Virus record (IMG/VR): IMGVR_UViG_3300029305_004819
Coordinates: 1-48,758 of that record
Origin: a virus
Direction: 5' to 3' (one strand)
Length of the DNA stretch: 48,758 nt
The position numbers and the translations under genes were made by a program. Within the stretch, counting starts at the first letter, position 1. Each line of letters begins with the position of its first letter. Positions 19,407 through 29,549 of this stretch are shown here, piece by piece. The notes under the pieces are model-generated. The model had not been told where the DNA came from. It worked only from the letters and a program-made list of their open reading frames with translations, and did no database searches.

Positions 19407-20358
19407 CCCTAACGTAACAATAGACCGCCATAAATACGTTGGTGGTAGTGATTTACCTACTATCTTAGGACTTAACGCTAAGTACGGTACAAGCATTTAC
19501 GATTTTGCTAGAGAAAAAGCGGGTATTATACCAAACTCATTTAAAGGTAATCAATTTACTAAATACGGTCAAATAATGGAGCCAATTATTAGAGACTACA
19601 TCAATAGCATACACGACAGTAATTACCTAGAGGATACTATTGTCGATAGTGAGCGTGGATATAGAGGAAATACTGACGGAATAGATAGACACGCTGAGGT
19701 ACCAATGTTAGAGGTTAAAACTTTTGGGGAGGACTTAGATGTAGACTATTATACCCCACAATGTCAATTTTATATGGAAACCTTTAACCAACCAGCTATT
19801 AGACTTGTAGGTTATAAAAGACCGATAGACTTTTATACTGGTGTTGATTATGACTTAGAAAATGACGACAGTTATTTCAATTATGAGTTTGACGAAAATA
19901 ATATCGTTGAGTATGTGATTTATAGAGACCAAAGCCAATGGGAAAAAATAGAGGCTCGTATAATCGCATTTAAAAGAGCTGTCGAAATGCTAAAAGAAAA
20001 TAAGGAGGCTACTGAGGAGCAATTTAACGAGGTATTTTACGGTAACGAGTTAATTATTATGACTAATAAAGTAGCTGTATTGGAAAACTCTTTAAATCAA
20101 TACAAAGATATTGAAAAAGAATATAAAAAAGTCAAAGAGGACTTATACAAAATATTTGAGGAAAAAGGTATCGTATCGTTTGATACTGGTAGTATGAAAA
20201 TTACAAAAGTAGCTCCTACATCATACGATACAGTTAGTATAGATACCGCAAAACTTAAAGAAAATGAGCCAGCGATTTATGAGGCTTATAAAACAGTAAA
20301 AACTACAAATAAAAAAGGTTATGTCTTAATTACAACTAAAAAGGAGGTAAGCGAATAA
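19399..20358 (+). CDS. YqaJ-family viral recombinase/exonuclease
   Basis: VGGSDLPTILG..YGTSIYDFAREK..GNTDGIDRHAEVPMLEVKTF. Confidence 0.8.
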   Translation: MSNPNVTIDRHKYVGGSDLPTILGLNAKYGTSIYDFAREKAGIIPNSFKGNQFTKYGQIMEPIIRDYINSIHDSNYLEDTIVDSERGYRGNTDGIDRHAEVPMLEVKTFGEDLDVDYYTPQCQFYMETFNQPAIRLVGYKRPIDFYTGVDYDLENDDSYFNYEFDENNIVEYVIYRDQSQWEKIEARIIAFKRAVEMLKENKEATEEQFNEVFYGNELIIMTNKVAVLENSLNQYKDIEKEYKKVKEDLYKIFEEKGIVSFDTGSMKITKVAPTSYDTVSIDTAKLKENEPAIYEAYKTVKTTNKKGYVLITTKKEVSE

Positions 20359-20603
20359 TGGATAAATATTTAGTTGGATATAAACAAGGAGACGGGCAAT
20401 ACGTTTATGTGGATAGTATAAACACTTACAATATAAGTGTTACCTTAGATATTAACCACGCTTTAGAGTTTGAGGACGAGACTATGGCTCAAAATATGTG
20501 TAATTATTTAGGATACGTAAACAAAGAGCAAGAGTTTAAAGCCTTAAAAGTAAATATCAATATTAAGGAGGTGGCTGATAATGGGGTTATTGCCAGCGAA
20601 TAA
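20358..20603 (+). CDS. Hypothetical phage protein
   Basis: Overlapping start/stop within the replication operon. Confidence 0.4.
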   Translation: MDKYLVGYKQGDGQYVYVDSINTYNISVTLDINHALEFEDETMAQNMCNYLGYVNKEQEFKALKVNINIKEVADNGVIASE

Positions 20604-21285
20604 ACCAAAAGACAAAGATATTACACCTAAAGTATTCTTTATATGGGGTCAAAGTATGAGTGGTAAAACTTACTTGGCTCGTCAATTTCCAAACCCAGTA
20701 ATATTAAATACTGACGGTAACGCTAAAAAAGTAACTACTCCAAGTGTAGAAATCTACGACTTTGAAACTTTTGTAAAAGTGTTACAAGAAATCGAGGAGG
20801 GTAAACACGACTTTGAGACTATCATTATAGACTTAGTCGACGACGTTAAAGTTATGCTACAAAATTATGTATGTAAAAAATACAATGTAGACGACGAGGG
20901 AGACGTACCATACGGTAGAGGACACCGAGACGTAAGAAATACTTGGCAAAAACTAATGGTAAGACTTAACCAATTACCATACAACGTAATCTTTATTAGC
21001 CATATTGCTGAAAAGAGCGAAAATAACCAAAGTGTCGAAATACCTAGCCTAGACCAAAAGTTTTACAATATGTGTATGGGACGTAGTGATATGTCTATCA
21101 AATGTAGAAAAGTAGGACAAACTTACTTACAAATGTGTGTAGATAGACGAGACTATTATACTGAGGCTGATGTAAAAGATAAAAAAGTATTAGAAATATT
21201 AAAAAACGTTAAAGGAGCCTTTACTTTAGAGCCTACCAAAACAACCACTTTAAAAGCGGTAAAGAAAACGGAGGCGACTGAGTAA
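20581..21285 (+). CDS. Phage AAA ATPase (AAA_24/Sak4-like recombination protein)
   Basis: VFFIWGQSMSGKTYLARQFP, TIIIDLVDDV, NVIFISH. Confidence 0.75.
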   Translation: MGLLPANKPKDKDITPKVFFIWGQSMSGKTYLARQFPNPVILNTDGNAKKVTTPSVEIYDFETFVKVLQEIEEGKHDFETIIIDLVDDVKVMLQNYVCKKYNVDDEGDVPYGRGHRDVRNTWQKLMVRLNQLPYNVIFISHIAEKSENNQSVEIPSLDQKFYNMCMGRSDMSIKCRKVGQTYLQMCVDRRDYYTEADVKDKKVLEILKNVKGAFTLEPTKTTTLKAVKKTEATE

Positions 21286-21485
21286 TGGGAGTATTAGATT
21301 TTATCTTTGGTATCTTAGTTTTAGCGGTTATCTTGTTTATTGGTGTTGGTGCTATATGTATGAAATGGGATACTAGAAAACTAGAAGAAGAAAACCAACA
21401 ATTAAGAGAAAATTTAAAAAAAGCACGTAGTAGAGTGTCAAAACGTGAATATAAAAAAGCTAGTGATGTAGGAGGTAAAAAGTAA
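21285..21485 (+). CDS. Small membrane protein
   Basis: N-terminal TM segment then coiled-coil-like charged tail. Confidence 0.4.
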   Translation: MGVLDFIFGILVLAVILFIGVGAICMKWDTRKLEEENQQLRENLKKARSRVSKREYKKASDVGGKK

Positions 21486-21703
21486 TGTTACAAGCTATTT
21501 ATTGGATATTAGCGATAACAGTAATGGTGTTATTACTGATTAACGCAATTAGATGTATCAAAACTGATAAAGATTTTAGAAATTATATAAAAAAACAAGA
21601 GGCTATGTTAGATAGACAAGCTAGAGAAATGTTTTTAAAAGACTTAAAAGAAATCGGCGAAATGCTAGAAAATATGAATAATAAAGAAAAGGAGAGTAAA
21701 TAA
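21485..21703 (+). CDS. Small membrane/coiled-coil protein
   Basis: N-terminal TM (AIYWILAITVMVLLLINAI). Confidence 0.35.
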   Translation: MLQAIYWILAITVMVLLLINAIRCIKTDKDFRNYIKKQEAMLDRQAREMFLKDLKEIGEMLENMNNKEKESK

Positions 21704-21705
21704 TT

Positions 21706-22128
21706 ATGGACGATTTATTAAGTATTGCAACAAAAACTATGGAGAGTTTTAACCCAGCTACCGACAAGGTGGACGATTTTGAGAAATTACCCGACGGAGA
21801 GTACAACTGTTTACTAGAAGATGTAACAGCTAGAAAAAGTGATAAAGGCACTAATTGGATAAGTTTTAGCTTTAGTGTAATGGACGGAGACTATAAAGAT
21901 AGACTTATATTTGTAAACTATTTCTTTACTGAAAAGACTATCGAACGTAGTATCAAAGGTATCACTAAATTAGCTTATGACTTTGGTTATGAGTTACCAA
22001 CTGAGGCTTTTACAAGTCTTGAGACTTTAGCTGAAACATTAAAAGATATAGCGGGAAATCAAGCAATAGTAAAACAAAGTACTAGCAAAAATGACTTTAC
22101 TAATTATAAAGTAACGCCACTACAATAG
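21706..22128 (+). CDS. DUF669-like single-strand-binding/recombination accessory protein
   Basis: FEKLPDGEYNCLLEDVTARKSDKGTNWISFSFSVMDGDYKDRLIFVNYFFTE; location between ATPase and polymerase. Confidence 0.65.
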   Translation: MDDLLSIATKTMESFNPATDKVDDFEKLPDGEYNCLLEDVTARKSDKGTNWISFSFSVMDGDYKDRLIFVNYFFTEKTIERSIKGITKLAYDFGYELPTEAFTSLETLAETLKDIAGNQAIVKQSTSKNDFTNYKVTPLQ

Positions 22129-22143
22129 TACGGAGGTGTTACT

Positions 22144-23865
22144 ATGATAATCACGTACGATATAGAGGTCTTAAAATATGACTGGATAATGGTTTTTAAA
22201 GAGGGCGATAATGATTATCGAGTAATACACAACAATAGAGAGGAGTTAAAAGCCTACGTTGATAAACTTGTTAATGATAAATCTATCTTAGTAGGCTTTA
22301 ACAACTATTATTATGACGACGTTGTACTTGGTGCTGTACTTTTAGGTAAAGACCCATACGAAATAAGTAAAAAGCTAATCGCTGGAGATAGAGTTAATTA
22401 TAAACTTAACTTAATTACTCTTGACGTTATGCAAGAGCTACCCTTAGGAGTTGGTCTTAAATCAAGCCAAGCTAATTTGGGTATGAGTATCGTTGAAACT
22501 CCTATCGACTTTAACTTGGATAGACCTTGTACTAAAGAGGAGCTGGACTTACTTATTGGATATTGTAAAAACGACGTTAAAGATACTGAGATGTTATTTA
22601 AAAAACGAGCTGACTATTTCCAAGCTAAATTTGAGATAGTAAACGAGTTTAACTTACCAGTACCTAACGTAAAAAAGACTAGAGCTATTTTATCTAGTAA
22701 AGTGTTGAAATGTGAAAAGGTAAAAATACCAAATGATAGGTTACATATAGATTATGACCCAAATATCAACTGGGATATTATCCCTAAAGAGGTAGCGGAG
22801 TTTTTTAGACAATGTGAGTATGACTACCGCTGTGGTGGAGATTATAAAGAAATCGAGAGCCGAAAGTTAAAGCTAAATGTAGCTGGTGTACCGCACGTAT
22901 ACGCTTTTGGTGGTATACACGGGGCAATAGAAAAATATAACGCTAGTGGTACTTTTTTACATATCGACGTATCGAGTTATTATCCTAGTTTGATAATTGT
23001 TGACGGGTTTATGAGTAGAGCAAGTGCTGAGCCACAAAAATTTACTGAGCTTAGAGATACAAGATATATGTATAAAGCTAAAAAAGACCCACGCCAACAA
23101 ATCTACAAAATACTTATTAACGCAACTTTTGGAGCTATGAAAAGTGAGTATAACAATTTATTTGACCCTAAGCAAGCAAATAATATATGTATCAACGGTC
23201 AAATTATACTAACTCAATTAGTGCTGGAGCTTAGCCCGTATTGTCAACTAATACAGTCTAATACCGACGGTATAGTTGTTAAATACAAAGAGGCTGACTA
23301 CGATAGAGTTGTTGAGATAGTAAAAGACTTTGGTAAAAGATTTAACTTAACTTTTGATGTAGACAAGATAATAAAAATAGCTCAAAGAGATGTAAATAAC
23401 TACGCTATGATGTTTGAGGACGGAAAAATCGAGGCTAAAGGACGTTTTGCTAAATTTAAAGGGGGTAATTTTATGCAAAACAGCCTTAGTATTATAGATA
23501 GAGCGTTAGTTAATTACTACATCTACGATAAACCAGTACACGAAACAGTAATCGAGACGTATAAAAACAATGATTTAGCCCCTTTTCAAATTGTTTGTAA
23601 AATGGGTAGTACTTACAATGGTATGTACTATGAATATGGAGACGAGGGCGATACTCAGTTGATAGAGACCCAAAAAGTCAACCGAGTATTTGCTACTAAT
23701 GATAAAAAATACTGGGGTATATATAAGAGAAAAGGAGACAGTTACCAAAAGATAGCTAATACCAGCGAGCATAACATCATACACAACGAGGATATTAGTA
23801 CTTTTGATAAATCTAAACTGGACTTAAACTATTATATAGACTTATGTAAGAAAAATTTATATTAA
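22144..23865 (+). CDS. Compact family-B-like DNA polymerase with 3'-5' exonuclease motifs
   Basis: ITYDIEV (Exo I), GFNNYYYDD (Exo II), YCKNDVKDT (Exo III), HIDVSSYYPSLI (motif A), QQIYKILINATFGAMKSEYN (motif B), IQSNTDGIVV (motif C). Confidence 0.82.
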   Translation: MIITYDIEVLKYDWIMVFKEGDNDYRVIHNNREELKAYVDKLVNDKSILVGFNNYYYDDVVLGAVLLGKDPYEISKKLIAGDRVNYKLNLITLDVMQELPLGVGLKSSQANLGMSIVETPIDFNLDRPCTKEELDLLIGYCKNDVKDTEMLFKKRADYFQAKFEIVNEFNLPVPNVKKTRAILSSKVLKCEKVKIPNDRLHIDYDPNINWDIIPKEVAEFFRQCEYDYRCGGDYKEIESRKLKLNVAGVPHVYAFGGIHGAIEKYNASGTFLHIDVSSYYPSLIIVDGFMSRASAEPQKFTELRDTRYMYKAKKDPRQQIYKILINATFGAMKSEYNNLFDPKQANNICINGQIILTQLVLELSPYCQLIQSNTDGIVVKYKEADYDRVVEIVKDFGKRFNLTFDVDKIIKIAQRDVNNYAMMFEDGKIEAKGRFAKFKGGNFMQNSLSIIDRALVNYYIYDKPVHETVIETYKNNDLAPFQIVCKMGSTYNGMYYEYGDEGDTQLIETQKVNRVFATNDKKYWGIYKRKGDSYQKIANTSEHNIIHNEDISTFDKSKLDLNYYIDLCKKNLY

Positions 23866-23878
23866 GGAGGGTAAGACA

Positions 23879-25708
23879 ATGTTAAAATTTTTAGAACTAA
23901 ACGACGATAAGCAACCCGTTACATCTTTTGACACGACTTACACCTCTTTAGATAATTTAGATAATGCGGGTTTACTACTAAACAATAAAGTTGTAGTCGT
24001 AGACTTTGATAATGATAATGAAAATGAGAGCGAGATAATAGAGTATTTTAAACAACACTATCCCACGCTCACAATAAAAACAAGTAGAGGTATCCATTTT
24101 TACTACTCTAAGCCTAGTGATGTGGTTATAAAAAATGGAGCTGACAAAATTACCGTTGGTGCTTTTCAAGTAGATTATAAGACTGGGACAAAGTCTTACG
24201 CTATTATCAAACATAAAGGTAAAATGCGTGAGGCTAATAGAGAGATAAGTTTAAAAGACTTACCACCTCTACCGATAGAAATGTACCCACTACCTAAAGC
24301 TAAAAATATTACTGGTTTAGCTGACGGAGACGGTCGCAACAATGCACTTTTTTACCACCTAAGACTTATACGAGAACAAAAAAAGGAGCTGGATATTACA
24401 AGTATCGGTAACTTTATAAATGATGTGATACTAGGCGAAAAACTAGAAACAAAAGAGCTAGCTACTCTTATCGAGAGTGTTAGTAACGTAGAAATAAATA
24501 ACAACGGTCAATACAACGGCGACCCTAAAGATATGATAAGTTTTGCTGAGTTTATTTGTAATGAGCTAGATATTAAGATTTACAACTATAATTTATATTT
24601 TAAAGACGGTCTTAATTATAGTAAGGATAAGATAAAGCTAAATAAAGCTATCAATAAACATCTTAGGCTTAGACGCTCACAAATGACCGAGCTAGAGGCT
24701 CAACTATACATATACGCTGATTTAGTAGACAACAAGCAAAAGTTTTTAATTAAACTACGCAACGGAGTAATTGTCGAGGACAATGTTGTTGAGTATGACT
24801 GTGGTTTTACTCCATTTTTCCTAGATGTGAGTTATGACCCTACCGCATACGATAAAAACGTAGACGAGTTTATTAACTTTATTTGTTGTAATCGTAAAGA
24901 TATGAGGATAGTTATAGAGGAAATATTGGGACACGTACTACTTGTAGATAAATTCCCACACAAAATATTTTTTCTAACTGGTAGCGGAGCCAATGGTAAA
25001 TCTACTTTTGTGGAAATGCTTACCAAGTGGACTGGGGACTTATCCAGCCACGTAGATATAGCGAACTTTGACGACGGTACCAGTCTAGCTAGTCTAGTCG
25101 GTAAGATAGTCAACGTAGCTGACGACGTCGACGCTATATACTTAGAAAAATCTAAAAACTTAAAAACTATGGCTAGTGGTAATACAGTTGGAGCTAGAGC
25201 TATCTACTCTCAACCAATAACACTAAAAAATACAGCCTCGCTGATATTTACAGCAAACGAGCCACCAGTATTTAAGGACAAAAGCGACGGTATCGGTCGT
25301 AGACTGGTTATAATACCGTTTGAGAATAAAGTAAAAGAGAGAATATATAACCTAGACGAGCTATTAAGTACGGATAATGCTAAGAGTTATTTACTTAATT
25401 TAGCTCTTGCTGGAGTTAAACGTATCTATGATAACAAGCTAGAAATGTCTACAAGTGAGACTATTGTAAACGCAACTAACCAATATTATTTAGATAATGA
25501 CAGCGTATTAGCTTACTTAAATGATTATCCGTCTATTAACAATAACCCAATAGGAACAATTTACGAGGCTTATACTGAATATTGTGAGGACAGTAATTTA
25601 AAAGCCGTAAGTCTTAATAAATTTAGTAGACGTTTAAAGAGTTTAGGTTACGAGGTTAAAGTAACTAAAATGTTGGGTAAAGCTGTTAGAATAGTACAAA
25701 AATTATAA
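23879..25708 (+). CDS. Phage/plasmid primase-helicase, D5/P4 family
   Basis: FFLTGSGANGKSTFVEMLTKW, NVADDVDAIYLEKSKNLKTMASG, ASLIFTANEPPVFKDKSDGIGRRLVIIPFENK. Confidence 0.9.
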   Translation: MLKFLELNDDKQPVTSFDTTYTSLDNLDNAGLLLNNKVVVVDFDNDNENESEIIEYFKQHYPTLTIKTSRGIHFYYSKPSDVVIKNGADKITVGAFQVDYKTGTKSYAIIKHKGKMREANREISLKDLPPLPIEMYPLPKAKNITGLADGDGRNNALFYHLRLIREQKKELDITSIGNFINDVILGEKLETKELATLIESVSNVEINNNGQYNGDPKDMISFAEFICNELDIKIYNYNLYFKDGLNYSKDKIKLNKAINKHLRLRRSQMTELEAQLYIYADLVDNKQKFLIKLRNGVIVEDNVVEYDCGFTPFFLDVSYDPTAYDKNVDEFINFICCNRKDMRIVIEEILGHVLLVDKFPHKIFFLTGSGANGKSTFVEMLTKWTGDLSSHVDIANFDDGTSLASLVGKIVNVADDVDAIYLEKSKNLKTMASGNTVGARAIYSQPITLKNTASLIFTANEPPVFKDKSDGIGRRLVIIPFENKVKERIYNLDELLSTDNAKSYLLNLALAGVKRIYDNKLEMSTSETIVNATNQYYLDNDSVLAYLNDYPSINNNPIGTIYEAYTEYCEDSNLKAVSLNKFSRRLKSLGYEVKVTKMLGKAVRIVQKL

Positions 25709-26013
25709 AAGTTACGCAAAAATACGTAACTTACTACGGTTTTTTAAAAATGTGTAACCTTAATTTTCCCCTTTTATTATAAGGCTTAGTTTATATATGG
25801 TTACTTAGTTACGATATTTTATTTAAAAATAAAAAATAAAATAAAAAATAATAAAAAATAAAAATAAAAAAGAATATAAGCAAAAAATGTGTAACTGAGT
25901 AACCTAAATTTATTAAGCCTATATAAATAAAGAGAAAAAACACGGTTACGATATTTTAAAAAAGTGTAACTAACGGGGGTATGGCAAAAAGTTTATAAAG
26001 GTAGGTAAATGAT

Positions 26014-26220
26014 ATGAAAATTAGAAAAACAGTACAAGGACACGTTATCGAGCTTGAACTTGTAAAAATAAAAAATTATCCAAGATATGGTTTGTATCAA
26101 ATTTATAAATTAGAAAATGGTAAACGTATACCCTTGTATCAAGAGTGTTATACAAGGCTACAAATAAAAGATATAGTCGATAAAGGATATTGTGTTACTG
26201 ACGAGGAGGTATTTGAGTGA
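26014..26220 (+). CDS. Hypothetical phage protein
   Basis: 68 aa ORF in phage orientation. Confidence 0.35.
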   Translation: MKIRKTVQGHVIELELVKIKNYPRYGLYQIYKLENGKRIPLYQECYTRLQIKDIVDKGYCVTDEEVFE

Positions 26221-26393
26221 TAAATGAAATTATAAAAAAGTATCCTAAATATTATTTGAGATACGATATTAAAGATAAAATGCTTATCACACGTGAGCCA
26301 ATGCTCGTAAAAGACTTTATCAATATCAAAAATATAATACGGGACTATAAGCTAGATGTAAAAGAGATAAGAATTATAGGGAGGTATAGATAA
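26217..26393 (+). CDS. Putative small phage protein (GTG start)
   Basis: VINEIIKKYPKYYLRYDIKDKMLITREPMLVKDFINIKNIIRDYKLDVKEIRIIGRYR*; coupled to flanking ORFs but contains an in-frame CGG at 26340. Confidence 0.35.
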   Translation: MINEIIKKYPKYYLRYDIKDKMLITREPMLVKDFINIKNIIRDYKLDVKEIRIIGRYR

Positions 26394-26632
26394 TGATGTA
26401 TGTAGTTAAAGTTGGCGAGTACTATGTTAGAGCTATGGATATATACGCTGGTGTTATTGAGGAGATAGTACTATCAAAAGAGCTAATGCGAAATTTTAGT
26501 AAAAATACAGCTGAGGTAGTAGCTAAAAAAGTAAATGGCGAGGTAGTTGAAATAGCCGACCAAGTAACTATGGACGACGAAAAATATAAACAATTAAGTT
26601 TATTTGATAAGGAGGTTACTAATGATAACTAA
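26393..26632 (+). CDS. Hypothetical phage protein
   Basis: 79 aa ORF in operon. Confidence 0.35.
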   Translation: MMYVVKVGEYYVRAMDIYAGVIEEIVLSKELMRNFSKNTAEVVAKKVNGEVVEIADQVTMDDEKYKQLSLFDKEVTNDN

Positions 26633-27026
26633 AAAATTGTTAAAAGAAGAAAATAAGCAATTAAAAAAAGAATTAGAAAAAGCAAACGAGGAGATTTATT
26701 ATTTACGTGATAGATTAAATCGACCAATAAGTGTAAATCATAATAACGATATTGACTTAAATATGAAATACTTACTTTTATGTACTAAGTACAATAAGTT
26801 ACTGGATAGCTGTTTAAGTAAAGAAACCGAACATATTACCTATAACGGAGATTTATACGCTATTAAAAGTATAGATTATCATAAAGAGGCTGAAAGTGTA
26901 GAGACAATAAATATTGAGGCGGTACAAGTACCTAGAGAAAAAGGCTTAATAAATAATCTTGGAGAGGCTTTTAGAGAAACAGCTAAAGAATTAAATAAAA
27001 TATTCTTTGGTAATGAGAATAATTAA
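26604..27026 (+). CDS. Hypothetical coiled-coil phage protein
   Basis: KLLKEENKQLKKELEKANEEIYYLRDRL. Confidence 0.4.
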   Translation: MIRRLLMITKKLLKEENKQLKKELEKANEEIYYLRDRLNRPISVNHNNDIDLNMKYLLLCTKYNKLLDSCLSKETEHITYNGDLYAIKSIDYHKEAESVETINIEAVQVPREKGLINNLGEAFRETAKELNKIFFGNENN

Positions 27027-27037
27027 GGAGGAGAGAT

Positions 27038-27535
27038 ATGTTTACCATACGTAGCTATACTGATACTAAATGTGAGTTAGAAATGGCTAAGACTAGGCTT
27101 AACCTACTTATTGATAAAAAAGTTAGTATTTATAGTAAGTATTTTCCTCTAACTCCTACCCTAAAAGATGTAATTGTCGACGGAGGAGAGAAAAATAACG
27201 ATAAAATGGCTGACTACGTACACGAAATTAACGAGGTTGATATTGGTACTGGTATGTCGTTAGTAGAGGAAATAGCTTACCAACAAAAAAATACAGCTAA
27301 ATTACAAGGATATTTGGATACTATGAGCGATATTTTAAGTAAAATGAGTGGAATAGAACATCAACTCTTTTACGAAATCGTATACAATGGCGTAAAAATC
27401 ACTAAAGCGGTAGAAAATATAGCCGAAGATACGGGCAAGGATATAAGTACTATATGGAATAATTACTACAAGAAAATAAAAAAAGACGTTAAAAAAATAG
27501 CTAATTTTGGTTATGATAACCAAGCTCGACGCTGA
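27038..27535 (+). CDS. Phage late-transcription-like regulator (sigma/ArpU-like)
   Basis: IEHQLFYEIVYNGVKITKAVENIAEDTGKDISTIWNNYYKKIKKDV resembles an HTH; just upstream of terminase. Confidence 0.45.
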   Translation: MFTIRSYTDTKCELEMAKTRLNLLIDKKVSIYSKYFPLTPTLKDVIVDGGEKNNDKMADYVHEINEVDIGTGMSLVEEIAYQQKNTAKLQGYLDTMSDILSKMSGIEHQLFYEIVYNGVKITKAVENIAEDTGKDISTIWNNYYKKIKKDVKKIANFGYDNQARR

Positions 27536-27723
27536 TTTTTCCTTGAAATATTAAGCGTTTATGCTAAAGTTACAGCCGTAAATACAGTTACTAGCAAAAT
27601 TTTTTATAAATCTCTAGTGAAAATAGAGTAAAAAAGGTGCTAAAATGTATAATGTAGAAATACACAAAAGGATACTCCAATAGGAGCGTCCTTTTTTCTT
27701 ATGCTGAAAAGGAGGACGTTACT

Positions 27724-27858
27724 ATGGATAAAAATGTTATTAAGGTAAAACCCGATAAAGACGGTAAGATTTTTATTACATTATACGGTACTAGATACCA
27801 AATTGTAGTAGAAGATACAAAGCCAGCAACTAAACCAGCAAAAGCTGACAAAGAATAA
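27724..27858 (+). CDS. Small hypothetical protein (44 aa)
   Basis: MDKNVIKVKPDKDGKIFITLYGTRYQIVVEDTKPATKPAKADKE* preceded by AAAGGAGG. Confidence 0.4.
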   Translation: MDKNVIKVKPDKDGKIFITLYGTRYQIVVEDTKPATKPAKADKE

Positions 27859-27896
27859 TAACTCAGTATTAAACAATAAAGGAGGTGGTACGGTTT

Positions 27897-28301
27897 ATGG
27901 CTATAAAAAATGTTAAGCCTTATAAAGTAGGCGACAAACTAACTCCTAAACAACAAAAATGGATAGACGAGTATATTAAGTGCGACGATTATACGACAGC
28001 CTCTCGTAATGCTGGGTATACTGGAACGGATACAACACTTAAAAATATGGGCTATCAAAATAGTATCAAGTTTAAGGAAATCTTAGACGCTCGTAGGCTT
28101 GAGCTAAGCGAAAAGATAAACAATAAAAATATCGCTGAGCTTGAGGATATATTTGAGTTTTGGACTAAAACTTTTAGAGATAATAAAGAGGATACTAGAG
28201 ACCGTATCAAAGCAAGTGAGCTTTTAGCTAAGGCTAAAGGTGGCTTTATTGAGAAAAAAGAGGTCAAAATTGTTGATACTGACTGGTTTATTGAGGAGTA
28301 A
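27897..28301 (+). CDS. Terminase small subunit
   Basis: KQQKWIDEYIKCDDYTTASRNAGYTG..TLKNMGYQNSIK; ATG at 27897 has better RBS spacing than the GTG at 27885. Confidence 0.85.
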   Translation: MAIKNVKPYKVGDKLTPKQQKWIDEYIKCDDYTTASRNAGYTGTDTTLKNMGYQNSIKFKEILDARRLELSEKINNKNIAELEDIFEFWTKTFRDNKEDTRDRIKASELLAKAKGGFIEKKEVKIVDTDWFIEE

Positions 28302-28304
28302 CAA

Positions 28305-29531
28305 GTGGCTAAAAAGCTAAACCCAGCCAAATTTAATAACTGGATATATGATATTATAGGCGACTACTCACACCGTATAGAGGTTTATATGGGTGGTGCT
28401 GGTAGTGGTAAGTCGTATGGAGCCACACAAAAAGTATTACTTAAAGCGTTAAAGTATAAACGTACAGTATTAGTAATTAGAAAAATACAGCGTACAATAA
28501 AACACTCGATATGGTCGCTTATGCTGACACATCTACGTAATAGTGGTTATTATGACGCTTGTAGAATAAATAGGAGTGATTTTGAGATAGAGCTACCCAA
28601 TGGCTCTATTTTTATATTTAAAGGTTTAGACGACGAGGAAAAGATTAAGTCTATTGACGGTATCACGGATATAGTTGTTGAGGAGGCTACTGAGCTTACT
28701 GAGGACGAGTTTACACAGTTAAATTTACGTCTAAGAGCTTTAGTTGATTTTCCACAAATATATCTTATGTTTAACCCTATCTCAAAGAAAAACTGGGTAT
28801 ATACATACTTTTTTACTGGTAATATACCTTTAAATGTAAAAATAATCAAAACCACATATAAAGATAATAAGTTTTTATCTAAAGAATATACCGACGAGCT
28901 TGAGAGGTTACAATATCGTAACCCAGCCTATTATCGTATTTATACGTTGGGCGAGTTTGCTACTTTAGATAAGTTAGTTTTTGGTACATACACTACTAAA
29001 ATAATTAGTGAGAACGATATAAAAGGTCTAAATCGTTGGATAGGACTAGACTTTGGGTATATCAATGACCCGTCGGCGTTAGTTTGGGGTTATATCGATA
29101 CATCTAAAAAGAAAATATACGTTACTGGAGAGTATGTACGTAAAGGTATGAAAAATGACGAGATAGCTGAGACAATGTTTGACTTAGGACTACACAAAGA
29201 TAAGTCTTATGGGGACTGTGCTGAGCGTAAGAGTATTGACGAGATAAAAGATAAAGGCGTTAATATAGAGCCAACCGAAAAAGGTAAAGGCTCTATTATT
29301 CACGGTATCCAATGGATACAACAATACGAGCTTATTGTAGACGAGCGTTGTTATAAAGTTATCGAGGAGTTAGAAAATTATACGTGGAAAAAGGACAAGA
29401 AAACTGGAGAGTATATCAATGAGCCAGTTGATACCTTTAACCATACAATAGACGCTATTAGATATGGTCTAAATAAATACATCAAAGGAACAAAGACGCC
29501 TAAGGTTTATGTTAAACCAGTAGGCTTATAG
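28305..29531 (+). CDS. Terminase large subunit
   Basis: GGAGSGKSYGATQKVL Walker A, IVVEEATEL, C-terminal nuclease GLDFGYINDPSAL..YGDCAERKSIDEI. Confidence 0.93.
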   Translation: MAKKLNPAKFNNWIYDIIGDYSHRIEVYMGGAGSGKSYGATQKVLLKALKYKRTVLVIRKIQRTIKHSIWSLMLTHLRNSGYYDACRINRSDFEIELPNGSIFIFKGLDDEEKIKSIDGITDIVVEEATELTEDEFTQLNLRLRALVDFPQIYLMFNPISKKNWVYTYFFTGNIPLNVKIIKTTYKDNKFLSKEYTDELERLQYRNPAYYRIYTLGEFATLDKLVFGTYTTKIISENDIKGLNRWIGLDFGYINDPSALVWGYIDTSKKKIYVTGEYVRKGMKNDEIAETMFDLGLHKDKSYGDCAERKSIDEIKDKGVNIEPTEKGKGSIIHGIQWIQQYELIVDERCYKVIEELENYTWKKDKKTGEYINEPVDTFNHTIDAIRYGLNKYIKGTKTPKVYVKPVGL

Positions 29532-29549
29532 AAAAAAGGAGGTGTTGAG

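Noticed and set aside
27885-27896. GTG start of the terminase small subunit at 27885, which would include an in-frame CGG at 27891
   Set aside because: ATG at 27897 has suitable spacing from AAAGGAGG; the GTG overlaps the RBS region.
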